Shown here: positions 34,660-35,509 of the stretch, one piece after another
Numbering within the stretch: position 1 is the stretch's first letter
Layout: every line of letters starts with the position of its first letter
Sequence record: DRR378314_1459
Direction: 5' to 3' (one strand)
DNA: 35,509 nt
Made by a program: the position numbers and the translations under genes
Notes under the pieces: model-generated
Database searches by the model: none
The model's input: only the letters and a program-made list of their open reading frames with translations
What the model was told of the DNA's origin: nothing

Positions 34660-35454
34660 CTATGAAAAAAGAACCTCGAAGTCTTCTTGGAATTGTCGCA
34701 CCGGCGCGGTGACCGGCCAGACCCATTGCGCCAGTTTACGCACCGGCAGCACCCCGACAACACTGTTGATCAGAAAAACGCTGTCGGCGGTGCGCAGATG
34801 TGACAGCGGACGCAGCCGCACCTGCACCGGGCGGCCCTGCTCGCCGGCCCGCGCCAGCAACCAGGCACGGCCGACGCCGGCCACCCCGGCGGCGTCCAGG
34901 GCGGGCGTCCACAGGGTATCGCCGAACAGCGCGAACAGGTTCATGGCGGTGGCTTCCAGCGGGCAGCCGCGCCGGTCCAGCAGCAGGCCCTCGTGCCAGC
35001 CCCGGCGGGCCACTTCCATGCGGGCCAGCACCTGGGGCAGCCGGTTAAGATGCTTGAGACCCGCCAGCGGGTCGCGCTCCAGGGGCTCGCTGCACAGGCC
35101 GGTTTCAATGCCGTCGCGGCGCAACAGCGGCGACCACTTCGGCACGGTGCCGTGCTGGGCGAACAGGGAAGGCGTCGGGTGCGACGGCGGCAGGTACCCG
35201 CGACCGCCCGGGCCCCGGGTGAGAATCAGCTTGATCAGACCGGTGCCGGGCGGCGCGGCGGTCAGAGCGTCAGCGAGACAGCGGTCCAGGGCGTCCGGCG
35301 CCACCGGGATCCGCAAACGGGCGGCGCCGTCGAGCAGCCGCGCCCGGTGGCGCGGCCACAGTGGCGCCGCGCCGGACGCCGTGACCCGCACGGTCTCGAA
35401 CAGGCCGTCGCCATAGGCGAGGCCCCGGTCGTTGACGGCGGGCCCGCCGCTCAC
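34660..35454 (-). CDS. pabC: Aminodeoxychorismate lyase
   Basis: DRGLAYGDGLFET, KLILTRG..GRGY, GLKHLNRL, GVAG; lies between fabF and mltG. Confidence 0.92.
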   Translation of the reverse strand: MSGGPAVNDRGLAYGDGLFETVRVTASGAAPLWPRHRARLLDGAARLRIPVAPDALDRCLADALTAAPPGTGLIKLILTRGPGGRGYLPPSHPTPSLFAQHGTVPKWSPLLRRDGIETGLCSEPLERDPLAGLKHLNRLPQVLARMEVARRGWHEGLLLDRRGCPLEATAMNLFALFGDTLWTPALDAAGVAGVGRAWLLARAGEQGRPVQVRLRPLSHLRTADSVFLINSVVGVLPVRKLAQWVWPVTAPVRQFQEDFEVLFS

Positions 35455-35509
35455 ACCTTGCGGAACAGCAGCGACCCGTTGGTGCCGCCGAACCCGAACG
35501 AGTTGGACA
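35451..35509 (-). CDS. fabF: Beta-ketoacyl-ACP synthase II, C-terminal fragment
   Basis: SNSFGFGGTNGSLLFRKV*; GTGA overlap with pabC. Confidence 0.9.
   Translation of the reverse strand, partial: SNSFGFGGTNGSLLFRKV

Overview
GC-rich gammaproteobacterial chromosome segment. Gene order resembles Pseudomonas/Alcanivorax; this taxonomy is my inference. The right end is the conserved minus-strand core block fabF(3' end)-pabC-mltG-tmk-holB-pilZ-tatD-rmuC. The centre is an accessory stress/respiration block. In it, periplasmic Cu/Zn SOD (sodC) is divergent from a tightly coupled 13-gene, ~13.9 kb run: large-subunit catalase katE, a complete Alternative Complex III (actABCDEFG), SCO and an A2-type caa3 cytochrome c oxidase. 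That run converges on a membrane-anchored FMN/[3Fe-4S] glutamate-synthase-family protein. A 3373-bp ISPpu12-like ISL3 element (tnpA, lspA, cation transporter, CadR/PbrR-type MerR; 24-bp IRs, 8-bp TSD AAAACATC) splits a small basic hypothetical gene, whose 170-aa product can be reconstructed. The left end holds a lipoprotein missing from the ORF track (TTG start at 1655, runs off the window) built of alternating two-cysteine acidic repeats. It also holds a membrane-anchored peroxiredoxin-like protein, a K+ channel, DUF1285, TetR, a class V PLP enzyme, an apparently catalytically dead permuted NlpC/P60 protein and a GlyGly-CTERM trypsin-like protease. No rRNA, tRNA or CRISPR array was seen.
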